The notes: generated by a model from the sequence alone, not told the origin. A stretch of DNA of 64,000 nucleotides from an uncultured delta proteobacterium (GCA_963782055.1 CAWAIF010000003.1:1696001-1760000), one strand, 5' to 3'; positions 9,637 through 19,896 are shown, counted from the first letter of the stretch. A program made the numbers and translations.

Positions 9637-10674
9637 TCACCGCGTCGCCCAGCTGGCTGCCTCGTAGTACCTCGCCTGCGGATCGCCCAGGTACCGCCAC
9701 GGGTACTCGGTGTAAGCGTACGACCCGATGCGCATGAACGCCTGCGCCGCGCGCTCCCGGTCGCCCGCGCGCCAGAACCAGAACGCCGCCTCGTTCAGCA
9801 GGTAGATGGTGCTCGCGCGCGGCACGTGCCCCGGCGCGGCGAGGGACGCGTGGTACGCCGAGGCGCACTCCGCGCGGTTCGCCTCGGAGTGGACGTACGC
9901 GTCGGCCGCGGTCTTGTCGCCGTCGAAGTGCTGCTTGTACGCCCACACCTCCACGTGCGCCCGGATGACGAGCGCGACGAGGTCGGAGCCGGGGCGCGCG
10001 CTGGTCGCCACCCCCCGCGCGAAGGCGAGCTGGTCCTCGTGCGAGCCGTGCCACTTGGCGGCGAGGAAGGAGAGCATGTTGTTGTGGGCGAAGAAGTTGT
10101 CGGGATCGCGCCGCACGGCCTCGTCCAGGTAGCGCTGCGCGGCCGGCTTGCCGAGATCACGCGCGCGGGCGATGGTCACCAGCAACGCCCACGGCGTGGG
10201 GTCGGCGGGGTCCATCTGCGCGGCGCGCTCCAGGTCCTGCTGCGCGAGCGCGAGCCGCTCCTCGAAGAGCTGCCGGCCCGCCTGGCTGACGGAAGACGCC
10301 TTGCCGCTGCCGCGCGCCTCCCACGCCCAGAAGATGCCGTGGCGGCCGCGCATCAGGAAGGGCTCCGGCGCGTTCGGCTGGGTCGCGCACCACGTGTCGA
10401 TGGCCGCCCGGCCCATCCCCTCGCTCACCACCTCGACGGCCATCCCGCGCTCGTCCCAGCGGCCTTCGCGGCAGGCGGCGAGGTAAGCGAACAGTCCGCT
10501 GAAGTCGTTCTTCTGGACGCTGGCGACGAGCGCCTGGATGTCGGGGCCGCCGATGGCGCCTGCGCCGCGCGCCTGCGCACCGCCGCCCTCGCCGCTCTTG
10601 CGGCGGGCGAGGAGGTATGCGAGCGCGACGATGGTGAGGCCGACGACCGGCGTCAGGATCTGGCTGAGCGACAT
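9637..10674 (-). CDS. Membrane-anchored DUF4034/TPR-like protein
   Basis: N-terminal TM; WAWEARGSG, AAQMDPADPTPW, KWHGSHE motifs. Confidence 0.7.
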   Translation of the reverse strand: MSLSQILTPVVGLTIVALAYLLARRKSGEGGGAQARGAGAIGGPDIQALVASVQKNDFSGLFAYLAACREGRWDERGMAVEVVSEGMGRAAIDTWCATQPNAPEPFLMRGRHGIFWAWEARGSGKASSVSQAGRQLFEERLALAQQDLERAAQMDPADPTPWALLVTIARARDLGKPAAQRYLDEAVRRDPDNFFAHNNMLSFLAAKWHGSHEDQLAFARGVATSARPGSDLVALVIRAHVEVWAYKQHFDGDKTAADAYVHSEANRAECASAYHASLAAPGHVPRASTIYLLNEAAFWFWRAGDRERAAQAFMRIGSYAYTEYPWRYLGDPQARYYEAASWATR

Positions 10675-10863
10675 GACGGTGACCTCCCCTGATCGGACCC
10701 GGCGATGCGCGAGCGGCGTCGCGTGGCGGAGCCCCGCACCTCCCCGGTGCCGCAGAGACGATAGCTCAGGTGGGCGGGGCCCGGCGAGGAGGCCCTCACC
10801 GACCGACTCGTCGAACGGGCCGGCCGTCTTGCGACGGACCCGGGTGCCCTGTACTGCGAGCGC

Positions 10864-11247
10864 ATGACAGAGCCGGAAGCACGCGGCGGCATGACTCCCC
10901 AGACCTCCGACGTCGAGGCCGAGTGGGCGCGCGCCAACAAGGGCGCGTGGAAGCGGCGCCTGCCGTTCGTCGTGGGGCTGGTGGTGGGGCTGCTGGGGGC
11001 GGGCCTCGGCCTGGGGATCGCGGCGGCGCTCGGCGGCGGGGCCCAGGCGCACCAGAAGGAGCTGGACGATCAGGGTCTGCGGGAGGTCTGCATCAAGGCC
11101 GGCTGCCACGAGCGCGAAGCGATGGGCTCGGGGATCATCCTGATCGCTCTCCCCGCCGTGCTCGCGCTCGGCGGGTTCGCCGGCGGGTTCCTGGTCTCGG
11201 GCGGCAAGCTGTCGGGGGCGTACGCGGCCGGCTTGCGGCGGCTGTGA
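10864..11247 (+). CDS. Hypothetical two-TM membrane protein (start may be 10891)
   Basis: Two hydrophobic helices; GC3-biased codons. Confidence 0.55.
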   Translation: MTEPEARGGMTPQTSDVEAEWARANKGAWKRRLPFVVGLVVGLLGAGLGLGIAAALGGGAQAHQKELDDQGLREVCIKAGCHEREAMGSGIILIALPAVLALGGFAGGFLVSGGKLSGAYAAGLRRL

Positions 11248-11269
11248 TCGCGGCAAACGACGGGGTGAC

Positions 11270-12064
11270 CTACCCGGCCGGCTTCTCCATGATCACCGCC
11301 GCGATCCGCACGATCAGCCGCCGTGGCACGAAGCGCAGAAGCCACATCCCGATCGAGTTCGTCACGCCGGCGACGACGTTCCGCCGCCCCGCGAAGAGGG
11401 CGCGCAGGCCGATGCGCGCGCAGCGCTCGGCGGACATGAGCGCCGCCTTCACCAGGGCGGTCTCCTTCTGCCCGGAGACCTGGAGGAACTCGGTCGCGGT
11501 GCCGCCCGGGCACAGGCAGCACACGCGAACGGGCGTGCGGCGCAGCTCGAAGGCGAGCGCCTCGGTGAAGTTGCGCACGTAGGCCTTGCCGGCCGCGTAG
11601 GCCGCGTAGTCCGGCACGGGCATGTACGCGCCGATCGAGGCCACGTTGAGGATCCAGCCCTGCCCGCGCGACAGCATCGCCTTCGCGAAGCGGTGCGTGA
11701 GCTCGGTGAGCGAGACGACGTTGAGCTGGAGCTGCTCGCGCTGCCTGTCCCACGGGATGTCGACGAAGTGCTCCTGCGTGCCGAAGCCCGCGTTGTTGAT
11801 CAGGACGTCGACGCGCTTGCCGGCGGCCTCCACCTTCTCGAACAGCTCGGACGGCGCGCCCGGCTGGCCGAGGTCGAGCGGCACCACCTCGACCTCGACC
11901 GAGTGCCTGGCGCGCAGCTCCCCGGCGAGCGCCTCCAGCCTGTCGGCGCGGCGCGCCGTGATGACGAGGTTCATGCCGCGCGCGGCGAGCTGGCGCGCGA
12001 AGTGCTCGCCGATGCCGCTCGACGCGCCGGTCACCAGCGCGGTTCGCCCCTTCAGTGGTTCCAT
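11270..12064 (-). CDS. Short-chain dehydrogenase/reductase (DltE-like)
   Basis: TGASSGIG, NNAG, YAAGK. Confidence 0.92.
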   Translation of the reverse strand: MEPLKGRTALVTGASSGIGEHFARQLAARGMNLVITARRADRLEALAGELRARHSVEVEVVPLDLGQPGAPSELFEKVEAAGKRVDVLINNAGFGTQEHFVDIPWDRQREQLQLNVVSLTELTHRFAKAMLSRGQGWILNVASIGAYMPVPDYAAYAAGKAYVRNFTEALAFELRRTPVRVCCLCPGGTATEFLQVSGQKETALVKAALMSAERCARIGLRALFAGRRNVVAGVTNSIGMWLLRFVPRRLIVRIAAVIMEKPAG

Positions 12065-12089
12065 GGGGCGGCACTCTACTTCGTGCGCG

Positions 12090-14063
12090 TCAGGCCCGCG
12101 ACGGGGCGCGCGACGCCACGCGGTACAGGCCCCACACCACCAGGCACACCAGCGCGAGCCCCGGCAGCGCGGAGTGATGCACCCCGAACACCGCGAGCAC
12201 GTCGGAGCGCCCGGAGAGCACGATCGGGATCGCCATCAGGATGCCGACCAGCGCCTCGCCCGTGATGAGCCCGGAGGACAGCAGCAGGCCGCGCTGCTCC
12301 AGGTCCTTCTTCGCGTCCTCCGACAGTCCGGCCTCGCGGCGCGCGACCGCGCGCTTCACGAAGTGCGCGATCAGCCCGCCGACGATGATCGGCGTCGAGA
12401 GCTCCAGCGGCAGGTAGATGCCCACCGCGACGGCGAGCACCGGCGCGCGGAAGGCGGACCCGCGCTTCTCCAGCACTAGGTCCACCACGATGATGACCAC
12501 CGCCAGCCCCATGCCGATGAACACCATCGGCCACGGCAGCCCGCCCTCGAACACGCCGCGCGCGACCGAAGCCATCAGCGTCGCCTGCGGCGCGGTGAGC
12601 GACTGCGGGTGCGCGGCGGTGTGCGGGCCGATGCCGTACGCCGCGAGCAGGAGGTTCAGGATGGGCGCCATCACGAACGCGGAGACGCCCGTGCCGACGA
12701 TCAGCATCACCTGCTGCTTCCAGGGCGTCGCGCCGACCAGGTAGCCCGTCTTGAGATCGTGCAGGTTGTCCCCGGCGATCGCCGACGCGCACGCGACCAC
12801 CGCGCCGATCAGGATCGCCGCGGCCGCCCCGCTCGCGCCCGTCGCCCCGAAGACGAAGAGCAACAGAAGCGACGCGAAGAGGATGGTCGCGATCGTCACG
12901 CCGGAGACGGGGTTGTTGGACGACCCGACGAGGCCCGTCATGTACCCGGACACCGCGGAGAAGAGGAAGCCGGCGAGCACCATGATCACGGCCATGCCCA
13001 GGCTCATGCCGACGTGACCGACGAGGAAGTGATACAGAAAATAGAGCGGCAGGATCGACAGCACGATCACCACCAGCACCCACTGCATCGGCATGTCCCG
13101 CTCGGTGCGCGGCGTCTCCGCGCTGCCCTTGTCCTTGAGTCTCCTGTAGGCATCGAGCCCGGAGCGGATGCCGGTGAGCACGCTGCCGCGCATGCGCACC
13201 AGCGCCCACAGGCCACCCACCACCATCGCGCCCACACCGAGGTAGCGTGTCTGCGCGGACCAGACGTCCAGCGCGTGATCCGCCGCGCTCTGTCCGGCGG
13301 GCACCCCGCCGTGGAGCCAGGTCAGGATGGGGATCGCGATCCAGAAGTTCAGGACGCCGCCGGCGAAGACGAGCACCGCGATGTTCAGGCCGACGATGTA
13401 GCCGACCGCGATGAGCGCGGGCGACAGATCCGAGCCGATGTAGAAGAGGGTCCGCTTGCCCGCGAGGGGGGTCGCCCACTCCGCCGTCTCCTTCCACAGC
13501 CGGAGCCCCGTCTGGCCGAGCTTGAAGAGCGCCGACACGATCGCCGCGCCGGTGACGAGCCGCACGCCGGCCCCGCCGCGCTCGCCGGTCTCCAGCACCT
13601 CCGCGCAGGCGACGCCCTCCGGGAACTGCAGCGGATCCTCGACGATCAGCGCGCGGCGGAGCGGCACGGTGAAGAGCACGCCGAGGATGCCCCCGAAGCC
13701 CGCGATCAAGGTGGTCTGCAGGAAGTCGAAGTGACGCCAGGTGCCGAGCAGCACCAGCGCGGGCACCGTGAAGATGACGCCCGCGGCGAGCGACTCCCCC
13801 GCGCTCGCGCACGTCTGCACGATGTTGTTCTCCAGGATGTTGGAGCGCTTGAAGAAGCGGAGCACCCCCATCGAGATGACCGCCGCGGGGATGGACGCGG
13901 AGACCGTCATCCCCGCGAAGAGGCCGAGGTAGGCGTTCGCGCCGGCGAGCACCACCGCCAGCACCACGCCGAGGATCACCGCCTTGACGGTGATCTCCGG
14001 AAGCGAGGTGGAGCTCGGGATGAAGGGCCCGGAGGAGCCGTCGCGCTGCGGTGCGGGTGTCAC
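12090..14063 (-). CDS. OPT family oligopeptide transporter
   Basis: ANAYLGLFAGMTVSASIPAAVIS, ENNIVQT, LQFPEGVAC, GLVGSSNNPVSG, DLKTGYLVGATPWKQQ, APQATLM. Confidence 0.95.
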   Translation of the reverse strand: MTPAPQRDGSSGPFIPSSTSLPEITVKAVILGVVLAVVLAGANAYLGLFAGMTVSASIPAAVISMGVLRFFKRSNILENNIVQTCASAGESLAAGVIFTVPALVLLGTWRHFDFLQTTLIAGFGGILGVLFTVPLRRALIVEDPLQFPEGVACAEVLETGERGGAGVRLVTGAAIVSALFKLGQTGLRLWKETAEWATPLAGKRTLFYIGSDLSPALIAVGYIVGLNIAVLVFAGGVLNFWIAIPILTWLHGGVPAGQSAADHALDVWSAQTRYLGVGAMVVGGLWALVRMRGSVLTGIRSGLDAYRRLKDKGSAETPRTERDMPMQWVLVVIVLSILPLYFLYHFLVGHVGMSLGMAVIMVLAGFLFSAVSGYMTGLVGSSNNPVSGVTIATILFASLLLLFVFGATGASGAAAAILIGAVVACASAIAGDNLHDLKTGYLVGATPWKQQVMLIVGTGVSAFVMAPILNLLLAAYGIGPHTAAHPQSLTAPQATLMASVARGVFEGGLPWPMVFIGMGLAVVIIVVDLVLEKRGSAFRAPVLAVAVGIYLPLELSTPIIVGGLIAHFVKRAVARREAGLSEDAKKDLEQRGLLLSSGLITGEALVGILMAIPIVLSGRSDVLAVFGVHHSALPGLALVCLVVWGLYRVASRAPSRA

Positions 14064-14135
14064 GGCGAAGCGGACGGTACCACGCCGGGGCGCCGGCCTT
14101 GTATGACTGGGCCATGCCCCGCGTGCTGCGCGGTC

Positions 14136-14444
14136 TTAGTTCGTCGAGCAGCGCGTGAAGTCCGCGTCGACGTGGGTCGTGCCGCCACCGGGCCTCGGGC
14201 ACGCGACGTGCAGGTGTCCGGTCACCGCATGCACGCCGTTCACCCGCGCGTTCGCCCACTCCACGTGTACGTTCCAGGTGGAGCAGGACTGGTCGGTCAC
14301 GTGGAACGACCTTTCGTCGTCGTCCGGCGCGTACACGACGAGCGAGGACTTCGGGCCGGAGCCGATGACGCGCACGCGATGACCGTCGCGGCCCTTCAGT
14401 CCGGGTGCCCGGCGATGAGCACCGCCGAGCGAGCGGGACGTCAA
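14136..14444 (-). CDS. Hypothetical protein, probably 5'-truncated
   Basis: Protein-like C-terminal part with three Cys; N-terminal part looks non-coding. Confidence 0.35.
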   Translation of the reverse strand: MTSRSLGGAHRRAPGLKGRDGHRVRVIGSGPKSSLVVYAPDDDERSFHVTDQSCSTWNVHVEWANARVNGVHAVTGHLHVACPRPGGGTTHVDADFTRCSTN

Positions 14445-14471
14445 CCCGCGGGCCGGACGCCCGCAGCTGCG

Positions 14472-15626
14472 TCACTCCGCGGCGTGCATCGTCTTGAACG
14501 TGGGAGCTTCCGGTGGCCAGCCGACTTCCACGACGGAGCCATCATAACGAAGCGCGTAGAGCTGACCGACGAGTCCGGCAATCTCCTTCACGTTCGACAG
14601 CCCGGCGACCACGGTCGGCACGAGCGCGCACGTGTCGCCGATTCCGCAGTTACCCGTCGAGCCGGGCGAGTAGGGATAGACCGCGCCCCAGCACACGACG
14701 CTCCGGTCGGCCCGGATGGCGCACGTCGCGTTCACACGGGTGACGACGTGCTGGTAGCCCGAGCCGATCAGCACGGGGGTCTCCCTCGGCGTCGTAGTGC
14801 CGTCGCCCAACTGACCGTCGTCGTTCGCGCCCCAGCAGTAGAGACTGGTGTCGTCCGTGATCGCGCAGGACGTGCCGCCAAAATAGTCGTCGGTCGTCGC
14901 CTGGACCACGTGCGTGAGGATCGGATGCGAGCCGCCCGTCATCGGGTACAGGTCACCGCTCTCCAGGATGGCAAAGTCGCCGGCGAGCCTGCGGACGGGA
15001 CCAGGAAATGACGCCGCGTGGCCATGACCCCAGCACACCACCTTGCCCGCGAAATCCACCCCGCACGCGTGGTGCACCTGGCGGAGACCCATGACGCCGG
15101 GGAGCTGCGACCAGTCGGCGACGCATGGGTAGCAGCCAGGGCCGAAGAGTTGGACGCAGTTGGACTCGTTGCACCCCGTCCGGCTCTCGGGCGGATGATC
15201 GCAGCCGTTGTAGCAGCTATCGGTAGGGATCGAGCCGAGCTCCCCATCGACGTTCGAGCCCGTGCACAGCACCTCGCCCGTAGGGAGCGACGCGCACTCC
15301 CAGGCCGTCGGTGGGCTACCCATGATCGAGATCGACGGAAAGCCCCCTGCCGAGATGCTCGTCGCGCGGTCCAGCGCGGGCTCGGGCTCGTCGAGCCGGG
15401 CGCCGCCGAGCACCTCGCCGTCGAGCGCCCGGGCGTAGATGAGGGTGCCGTAGTCGTCATCGAAGAGGTGCACGAGCGGCACGTCGAGCGTCCGCCCGGC
15501 GTCGGGCGCGCCGGGCGCCGTCGTCGTCTCGCACCCCAGCGCGGAGATCGCGATCGCCGGCAGCGGGAGAAGGAGGGGCAGCGGACGCACGAAATGACTG
15601 TGTCGGTCTGGAGGGCTCGCTGCCAT
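14472..15626 (-). CDS. RCC1/BLIP-II repeat lipoprotein
   Basis: Lipobox ALGC; CTGSNVDGELG, CWGANDDGQLGDG, TCAIRADRSVVCWG repeats. Confidence 0.8.
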   Translation of the reverse strand: MAASPPDRHSHFVRPLPLLLPLPAIAISALGCETTTAPGAPDAGRTLDVPLVHLFDDDYGTLIYARALDGEVLGGARLDEPEPALDRATSISAGGFPSISIMGSPPTAWECASLPTGEVLCTGSNVDGELGSIPTDSCYNGCDHPPESRTGCNESNCVQLFGPGCYPCVADWSQLPGVMGLRQVHHACGVDFAGKVVCWGHGHAASFPGPVRRLAGDFAILESGDLYPMTGGSHPILTHVVQATTDDYFGGTSCAITDDTSLYCWGANDDGQLGDGTTTPRETPVLIGSGYQHVVTRVNATCAIRADRSVVCWGAVYPYSPGSTGNCGIGDTCALVPTVVAGLSNVKEIAGLVGQLYALRYDGSVVEVGWPPEAPTFKTMHAAE

Positions 15627-15915
15627 GGGCAATTCGCCGTGAGTATCGACTCCGATGAGTACCGATCAGCCCGCGCAGCTGCGTCGAGTCGTTCCCGAGA
15701 CGAGGCGCATGGAGTCCGGCGAGGTGGGCGTCCCGTTGCGTGTCGGACCGCGCCACGATTCGTGCCCGGGCGGGTGTCCAGGGACGGCCTCCGCGGACAG
15801 GGGTGACAGCGCACCGCTCCGCGATCGCACGGCAAACCCGCCTCGAGCGCGCTGGCACGGCCCCTGCTCAGGCTCCTCCCATGCACGGCCGACGCGGCGG
15901 TGAAGGCGAGCTACC

Positions 15916-16656
15916 ATGAGCGTGATGATCACCTCGCGGGCCTCCTCCCTGCGCCACCTGCGCCCCGTGCAGCCGCTGGACTTCCCGGCGTCGCGAGAGG
16001 AGTGGGAGCTGGGTCAGTCGCTGCGTCACCTTCACCTGTGCGAGCTGCTGCACCAGATCCTGCTCGCCGCGGTCACGCCGCAGGACAGCGTGGGCGCGGA
16101 TCAGTTCGTCTACTTCGACGCGGGCGATCCGGGCCGGTGCCTCGCGCCGGATGGCTTCGTCAAGCGCGGCCACTCGCAGGACTTCTTCTCCTCCTGGAAG
16201 GTGTGGGAGCGCGGCACGCCGGAGCTCTGCGTGGAGATCCTCAGCCCGAGCGACACCCGCGAGCCGCTCACCCTGGAGAAGAAGCTCGCCCTCTACCGGG
16301 CACTCGGCACCCTGGAGGTCGTGTGCTTCGACGCGGACGAGGGGCGCGTGCGCGCGTGGGATCGGATCGAGGGCGATCTGGTGGAGCGGGACGTCCCCGC
16401 CGGTGGCGGCACCCCTTGCCTCACGCTGGACGCCGAGTGGGTGATCGCTCCCGGCGGCGTCGTGGGCGCGGCCCTGCGACTGGCGCGGGAGGGCGCGCTG
16501 GTGCTCACGCCGGAGGAGCGCGCCGTCGCCGGCGAGCAGGCCGAGCGCGCGGCGAAGGAGCAGGAGCGCGCGGCGAAGGAGCAGGAGCGCGCCGCGAAGG
16601 AGGAGGCGCTCGCGGAGGTCGCCCGGCTGCGCGCGCTGCTGGATGACCGCGGCTGA
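15916..16656 (+). CDS. Uma2 family (PD-(D/E)XK) endonuclease with C-terminal ERAAKEQ coiled-coil repeats
   Basis: LAPDGFV, PELCVEILSPSD, KLALYRALGTLE; heptad repeats near the end. Confidence 0.88.
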   Translation: MSVMITSRASSLRHLRPVQPLDFPASREEWELGQSLRHLHLCELLHQILLAAVTPQDSVGADQFVYFDAGDPGRCLAPDGFVKRGHSQDFFSSWKVWERGTPELCVEILSPSDTREPLTLEKKLALYRALGTLEVVCFDADEGRVRAWDRIEGDLVERDVPAGGGTPCLTLDAEWVIAPGGVVGAALRLAREGALVLTPEERAVAGEQAERAAKEQERAAKEQERAAKEEALAEVARLRALLDDRG

Positions 16657-16672
16657 CGCGGTGCGCGTGGCG

Positions 16673-16698
16673 CGTGCTCCCGCTCATGCTCGCGTGCT
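16673..16698 (+). repeat. 26-bp dispersed repeat, copy 1
   Basis: CGTGCTCCCGCTCATGCTCGCGTGCT; 25/26 identical to the reverse complement of 54042-54067. Confidence 0.75.
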
Positions 16699-16764
16699 CG
16701 GCCGCGACGGGAGTGCACGATGGCGACGAGCTCGCGGCCTGCGCGCGCTGCGCGTGAGCGGTCC

Positions 16765-16841
16765 GCGCGCGCCTCCTCCCCCGGCCCATCGCTCGCTCGC
16801 GCTCGCTCGGGCGGGGAGGATGGTCTGGGCGCTGGTGGCGG
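16765..16841 (+). repeat. ~85-bp REP-like hairpin element, copy A
   Basis: TCCTCCCCCGGCCCATCGCTCGCTCGCGCTCGCTCGGGCGGGGAGGATGGTC..GCGCTGGTGGCGG matches 24989-25075 and the reverse complement of 29407-29491. Confidence 0.9.
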
Positions 16842-16922
16842 TCGCCCCGAAGTGCGCGAGCGGGATGCCGCCGAGGCGCCGTCGGTGCTACCGGCGGAGA
16901 CGGGGTGCGCCGGCCGCGCGGG

Positions 16923-17618
16923 TCAAGCGCCCGAGCCCCCGGAGCGCGTGGCGCGCACGACCTTCGCGGGGCGGCCCGCGAAGGTGGTCCGTGAGCCCTC
17001 GGCGCCGGCGAAGCCCGCCTCGACGAGCGACGCGGCCAGCGCCTCGACGTCCACGTCGTCGAAGTGGTGGTGGTGTCGCGCCCGGCGAGCTCGCACGCGG
17101 TCGTGCGAGGGATGAGCGGGGTCGTCGAAGTCCTCGTCCACCAGCAACACGCGCCCCCCGGACCGCATGACCCTGGCCAGCTCGCGGCACGCCGCGGCGC
17201 GGTCGGTCCAGTGGTGCATCGTGTTGACGGTCCACAGCGCGTCGACGCTGGCGTCGGCCAGGGGGATGGACTCCGCGGACCCGCTCACGACCGTGATGGC
17301 GGCCCGGTCGCGCTGCCACCCCCGCCGCAGGCCCAGGATCCTTCGCATGTACGAGGTGGGGTCGACGGCGACCACCGCGGCGCCGGTCCGCGCCGCGGCC
17401 ACCGTGGCGGGGCCCATGCCCGCGCCGAGATCGACCACGCGCTCTCCGGCTCTCGGGGCCACCCGACGCACGACCTCGTCGCTCACCTCGGAGCGCCACA
17501 TCCGCGGTAACAGGGTCAGGTAGCGCAACAGACCCCGTGCTCCGCGATCGTGCGCGTGCCCGTGATCCGCAGTGTGCGCGTGCCGCGGATCGTGGTGATG
17601 GTCGCCGTGGTTGGTCAT
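16923..17618 (-). CDS. Class I SAM-dependent methyltransferase with His-rich N-terminus
   Basis: VVDLGAGMG, GSAESIPLADASVD, NTMHHW; N-terminus HGDHHHDPRHAHTADHGHAH. Confidence 0.88.
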   Translation of the reverse strand: MTNHGDHHHDPRHAHTADHGHAHDRGARGLLRYLTLLPRMWRSEVSDEVVRRVAPRAGERVVDLGAGMGPATVAAARTGAAVVAVDPTSYMRRILGLRRGWQRDRAAITVVSGSAESIPLADASVDALWTVNTMHHWTDRAAACRELARVMRSGGRVLLVDEDFDDPAHPSHDRVRARRARHHHHFDDVDVEALAASLVEAGFAGAEGSRTTFAGRPAKVVRATRSGGSGA

Positions 17619-18862
17619 GGTCCTGCCGTGGTGGAGAGGTGGTTGGCGGCGCCGTGGCTGGCCTCGAGTCGCCTCGCTGCGATCATGGCGCCGTCCGAGC
17701 CAACGCGCCCGGCGAGCGAGCGCGCGCGAGCCGCGACGCCCGGATCGAGCGCCGTCCGCAGCGCCGCGCTCAGCGACTCCTCCGACATCGTCGCGTACGG
17801 GGTCGTGCTCCCGATCCCGAGCGCCACCACGCGGCTGGCCCAGTAGAACTGATCGCCGAACATCGGCACGACGACCTGAGGGGCGCCGGCGCGCGCCGCG
17901 GTGGCGACGGTGCCGGCGCCGCCATGGTGGACGACCGCCGCGACCCGCGGGAAGAGGACGTCGTAGCTCACGTCGCCGAGGGCCATGCAGTCGTGCGCAT
18001 CGTCGACGAGGTCGAGGTCCGCCCAGCCTCTCGAGACGAGGATCCGGCGACGCGCCGCGCGGACCGCGCCGATCAGCCGGTGGCTCGCCTCGCGGGCGAG
18101 GGGCATGCTGCCGAAGCCCACGAGGACGGGCGGCTCCCCTCGCGCCAGGAACGCCTCCAGATCGGCCGGGAGCGGCGCGCCGCCGGCGAGCAGCCACGCG
18201 CCTGTCTGGAAGACTTGCCGACCGGGCGTGGTGGGCACCGGCGCGAGCGCGGCGTCCGCGGCGAGCCACGTGGGGTCGGTGAGGACGTAGTCGAGGACGT
18301 CATCGATCGGCTGCATGCCGAGTCGGCCACGGTTGTGGTTGATGCGCTCGAGCGCGCGCTCGCTCCACGCCCTGGCGGCGTCGCGCCAGCGCTCCTCGAT
18401 GCTCGCGGCCTCGCTCGCGGTCTCGCCCGGCGTCGGCGGTGGCGGGACGTCCGTCGACGGCAGCGCGACCGGCGCGTAGACGGCCGTCACGCACCCGATG
18501 CCTGCGTACTCGGCGATCGACGGCGCCGCGTACTGATGCGCGTTGGCGCCGACGATGACGTCGCACCCTTCCACGGCGGCGCCGACGGTCTCGAACTGGT
18601 CCGTGATCAGGTCGGGCATGGACTCCCGCAGCCGGCGCAGCTCCTCCGGAGTGAGCTGCGGCGCCAGACCCGAGCTGCGCGCGGGCATCCGCATCTCGAC
18701 GCCCATGGGCACCGCCTCCAGCCCCAGGCCCCGGGCCCACGCGACGAAGTTCGGCTAGGTGCACAATCGCACCCCGTGTCCAAGCCTTCGTAGCTCCAGC
18801 GCCAGGGCGAGCGCGGGCTGCACGTCACCCCGGGTTCCCACCGCCGTCAACAGTACGCGCAT
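17615..18862 (-). pseudogene. GT1 glycosyltransferase (Gtf/sterol-glucosyltransferase-like) interrupted by in-frame TAG at codon 36
   Basis: GGAGG RBS, then MRVLLTAVGTRGDVQP..RLCT*PNFVAW continuing in frame to VHHGGAGT..PMFGDQFYW; stop at 18755-18757. Confidence 0.85.
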
Positions 18863-19161
18863 GATCCTCCTCGCCCCCATGGACACTCTACGCGCTGGAG
18901 CATCCGCGGAGATGCTGCGCTCCGGCTCGCCGGAGCATGGGAAGGCGTAGCGCGATCGGGCGGGGAAACCGTGACGGCTCGCATCTCATGCGAAGTGGCG
19001 GTCCGCTCTCACTGGAAGCACCGACCCGGTGGGTCGGCTGCGCGTGGGGGCGGCACCCCGACTCCGGAGCGCGAGACACCTCCTTCCCGTAGATGCGGCT
19101 GAATCGGTACGCGTCGCGTCCGTCCAACGTTCGGGCGCCGTGTATCGACAAGGAGTGCCTC

Positions 19162-19896
19162 ATGTTCGGGAAATCCGTGGTGGTCGGCTCGCTCGCCGTG
19201 GTGTTCACCGTCAGCCTCGCGGCGACGAGCAGCAGCGCCGTGTCCGCGTGCAAGGCGGGGGAGGAGGACCTCGGCGGAGGCAAGTGCGCGCCCGCCTGTC
19301 CGGCGGGGACGGTGCGGCAGAAGCAGCCGCCGTTCCGGTGCCTGGGGCCCGCCAGCCGGTGCAAGGCGGGGGAGGAGGACCTCGGTGGCGGCAAGTGCGC
19401 GCCCGCCTGTCCTGCGGGGACGGTGCGGCAGAAGCAGCCGCCGTTCCGGTGCCTGGGGCCCGCCAGCCGGTGCAAGGCGGGGGAGGAGGACCTCGGCGGC
19501 GGCAAGTGCGCGCCCGCCTGTCCGGCGGGGACGGTGCGGCAGAAGCAGCCGCCGTTCCGGTGCCTGGGGCCCGCCAGCCGGTGCAAGGTGGGGGAGGAGG
19601 ACCTCGGCGGCGGCAAGTGCGCGCCCGCCTGTCCTGCGGGGACGGTGCGGCAGAAGCAGCCGCCGTTCCGGTGCCTGGGGCCCGCCAGCCGGTGCAAGGT
19701 GGGGGAGGAGGACCTCGGCGGCGGCAAGTGCGCGCCCGCCTGTCCTGCGGGGACGGTGCGGCAGAAGCAGCCGCCGTTCCGGTGCCTGGCGCCCGTCAAC
19801 CGGTGCAGGGCGGGCGAGGAGCCTGTCGGCGACAGGTGCATGCCCCGCTGCCCCAAGGGCCAGACGCGCAAGCAAGACGGCGGCTGCGGGCCGTAG
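19162..19896 (+). CDS. Secreted Cys-rich tandem-repeat protein
   Basis: AAGGAG RBS, signal peptide, five near-identical 37-aa units CKAGEEDLGGGKCAPACPAGTVRQKQPPFRCLGPASR plus a degenerate sixth. Confidence 0.8.
   Translation: MFGKSVVVGSLAVVFTVSLAATSSSAVSACKAGEEDLGGGKCAPACPAGTVRQKQPPFRCLGPASRCKAGEEDLGGGKCAPACPAGTVRQKQPPFRCLGPASRCKAGEEDLGGGKCAPACPAGTVRQKQPPFRCLGPASRCKVGEEDLGGGKCAPACPAGTVRQKQPPFRCLGPASRCKVGEEDLGGGKCAPACPAGTVRQKQPPFRCLAPVNRCRAGEEPVGDRCMPRCPKGQTRKQDGGCGP
19249..19803 (+). repeat. Coding tandem repeat, 5 x 111 bp
   Basis: Units start at 19249, 19360, 19471, 19582, 19693 and are nearly identical at DNA level. Confidence 0.95.

Noticed and set aside
16960..16985. Perfect 11-bp hairpin ACCTTCGCGGG-GCGG-CCCGCGAAGGT
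   Set aside because: Lies inside the methyltransferase coding end and is single-copy with no U-tract; chance or a weak terminator for the opposite strand cannot be distinguished.
18755..18757. Pyrrolysine or programmed amber recoding in the GT1 gene
   Set aside because: No pyl machinery in the window, TAG is used as a normal stop by many genes here, and the position is not catalytic.
18880..19160. Possible riboswitch in the long intergenic region
   Set aside because: Some hairpins are present, but I could not match conserved cobalamin, c-di-GMP, TPP or SAM core motifs.
19249..19803. Regular repeats that could be mistaken for a CRISPR array
   Set aside because: Contiguous 111-bp in-frame coding units with no unique spacers and no cas genes nearby.
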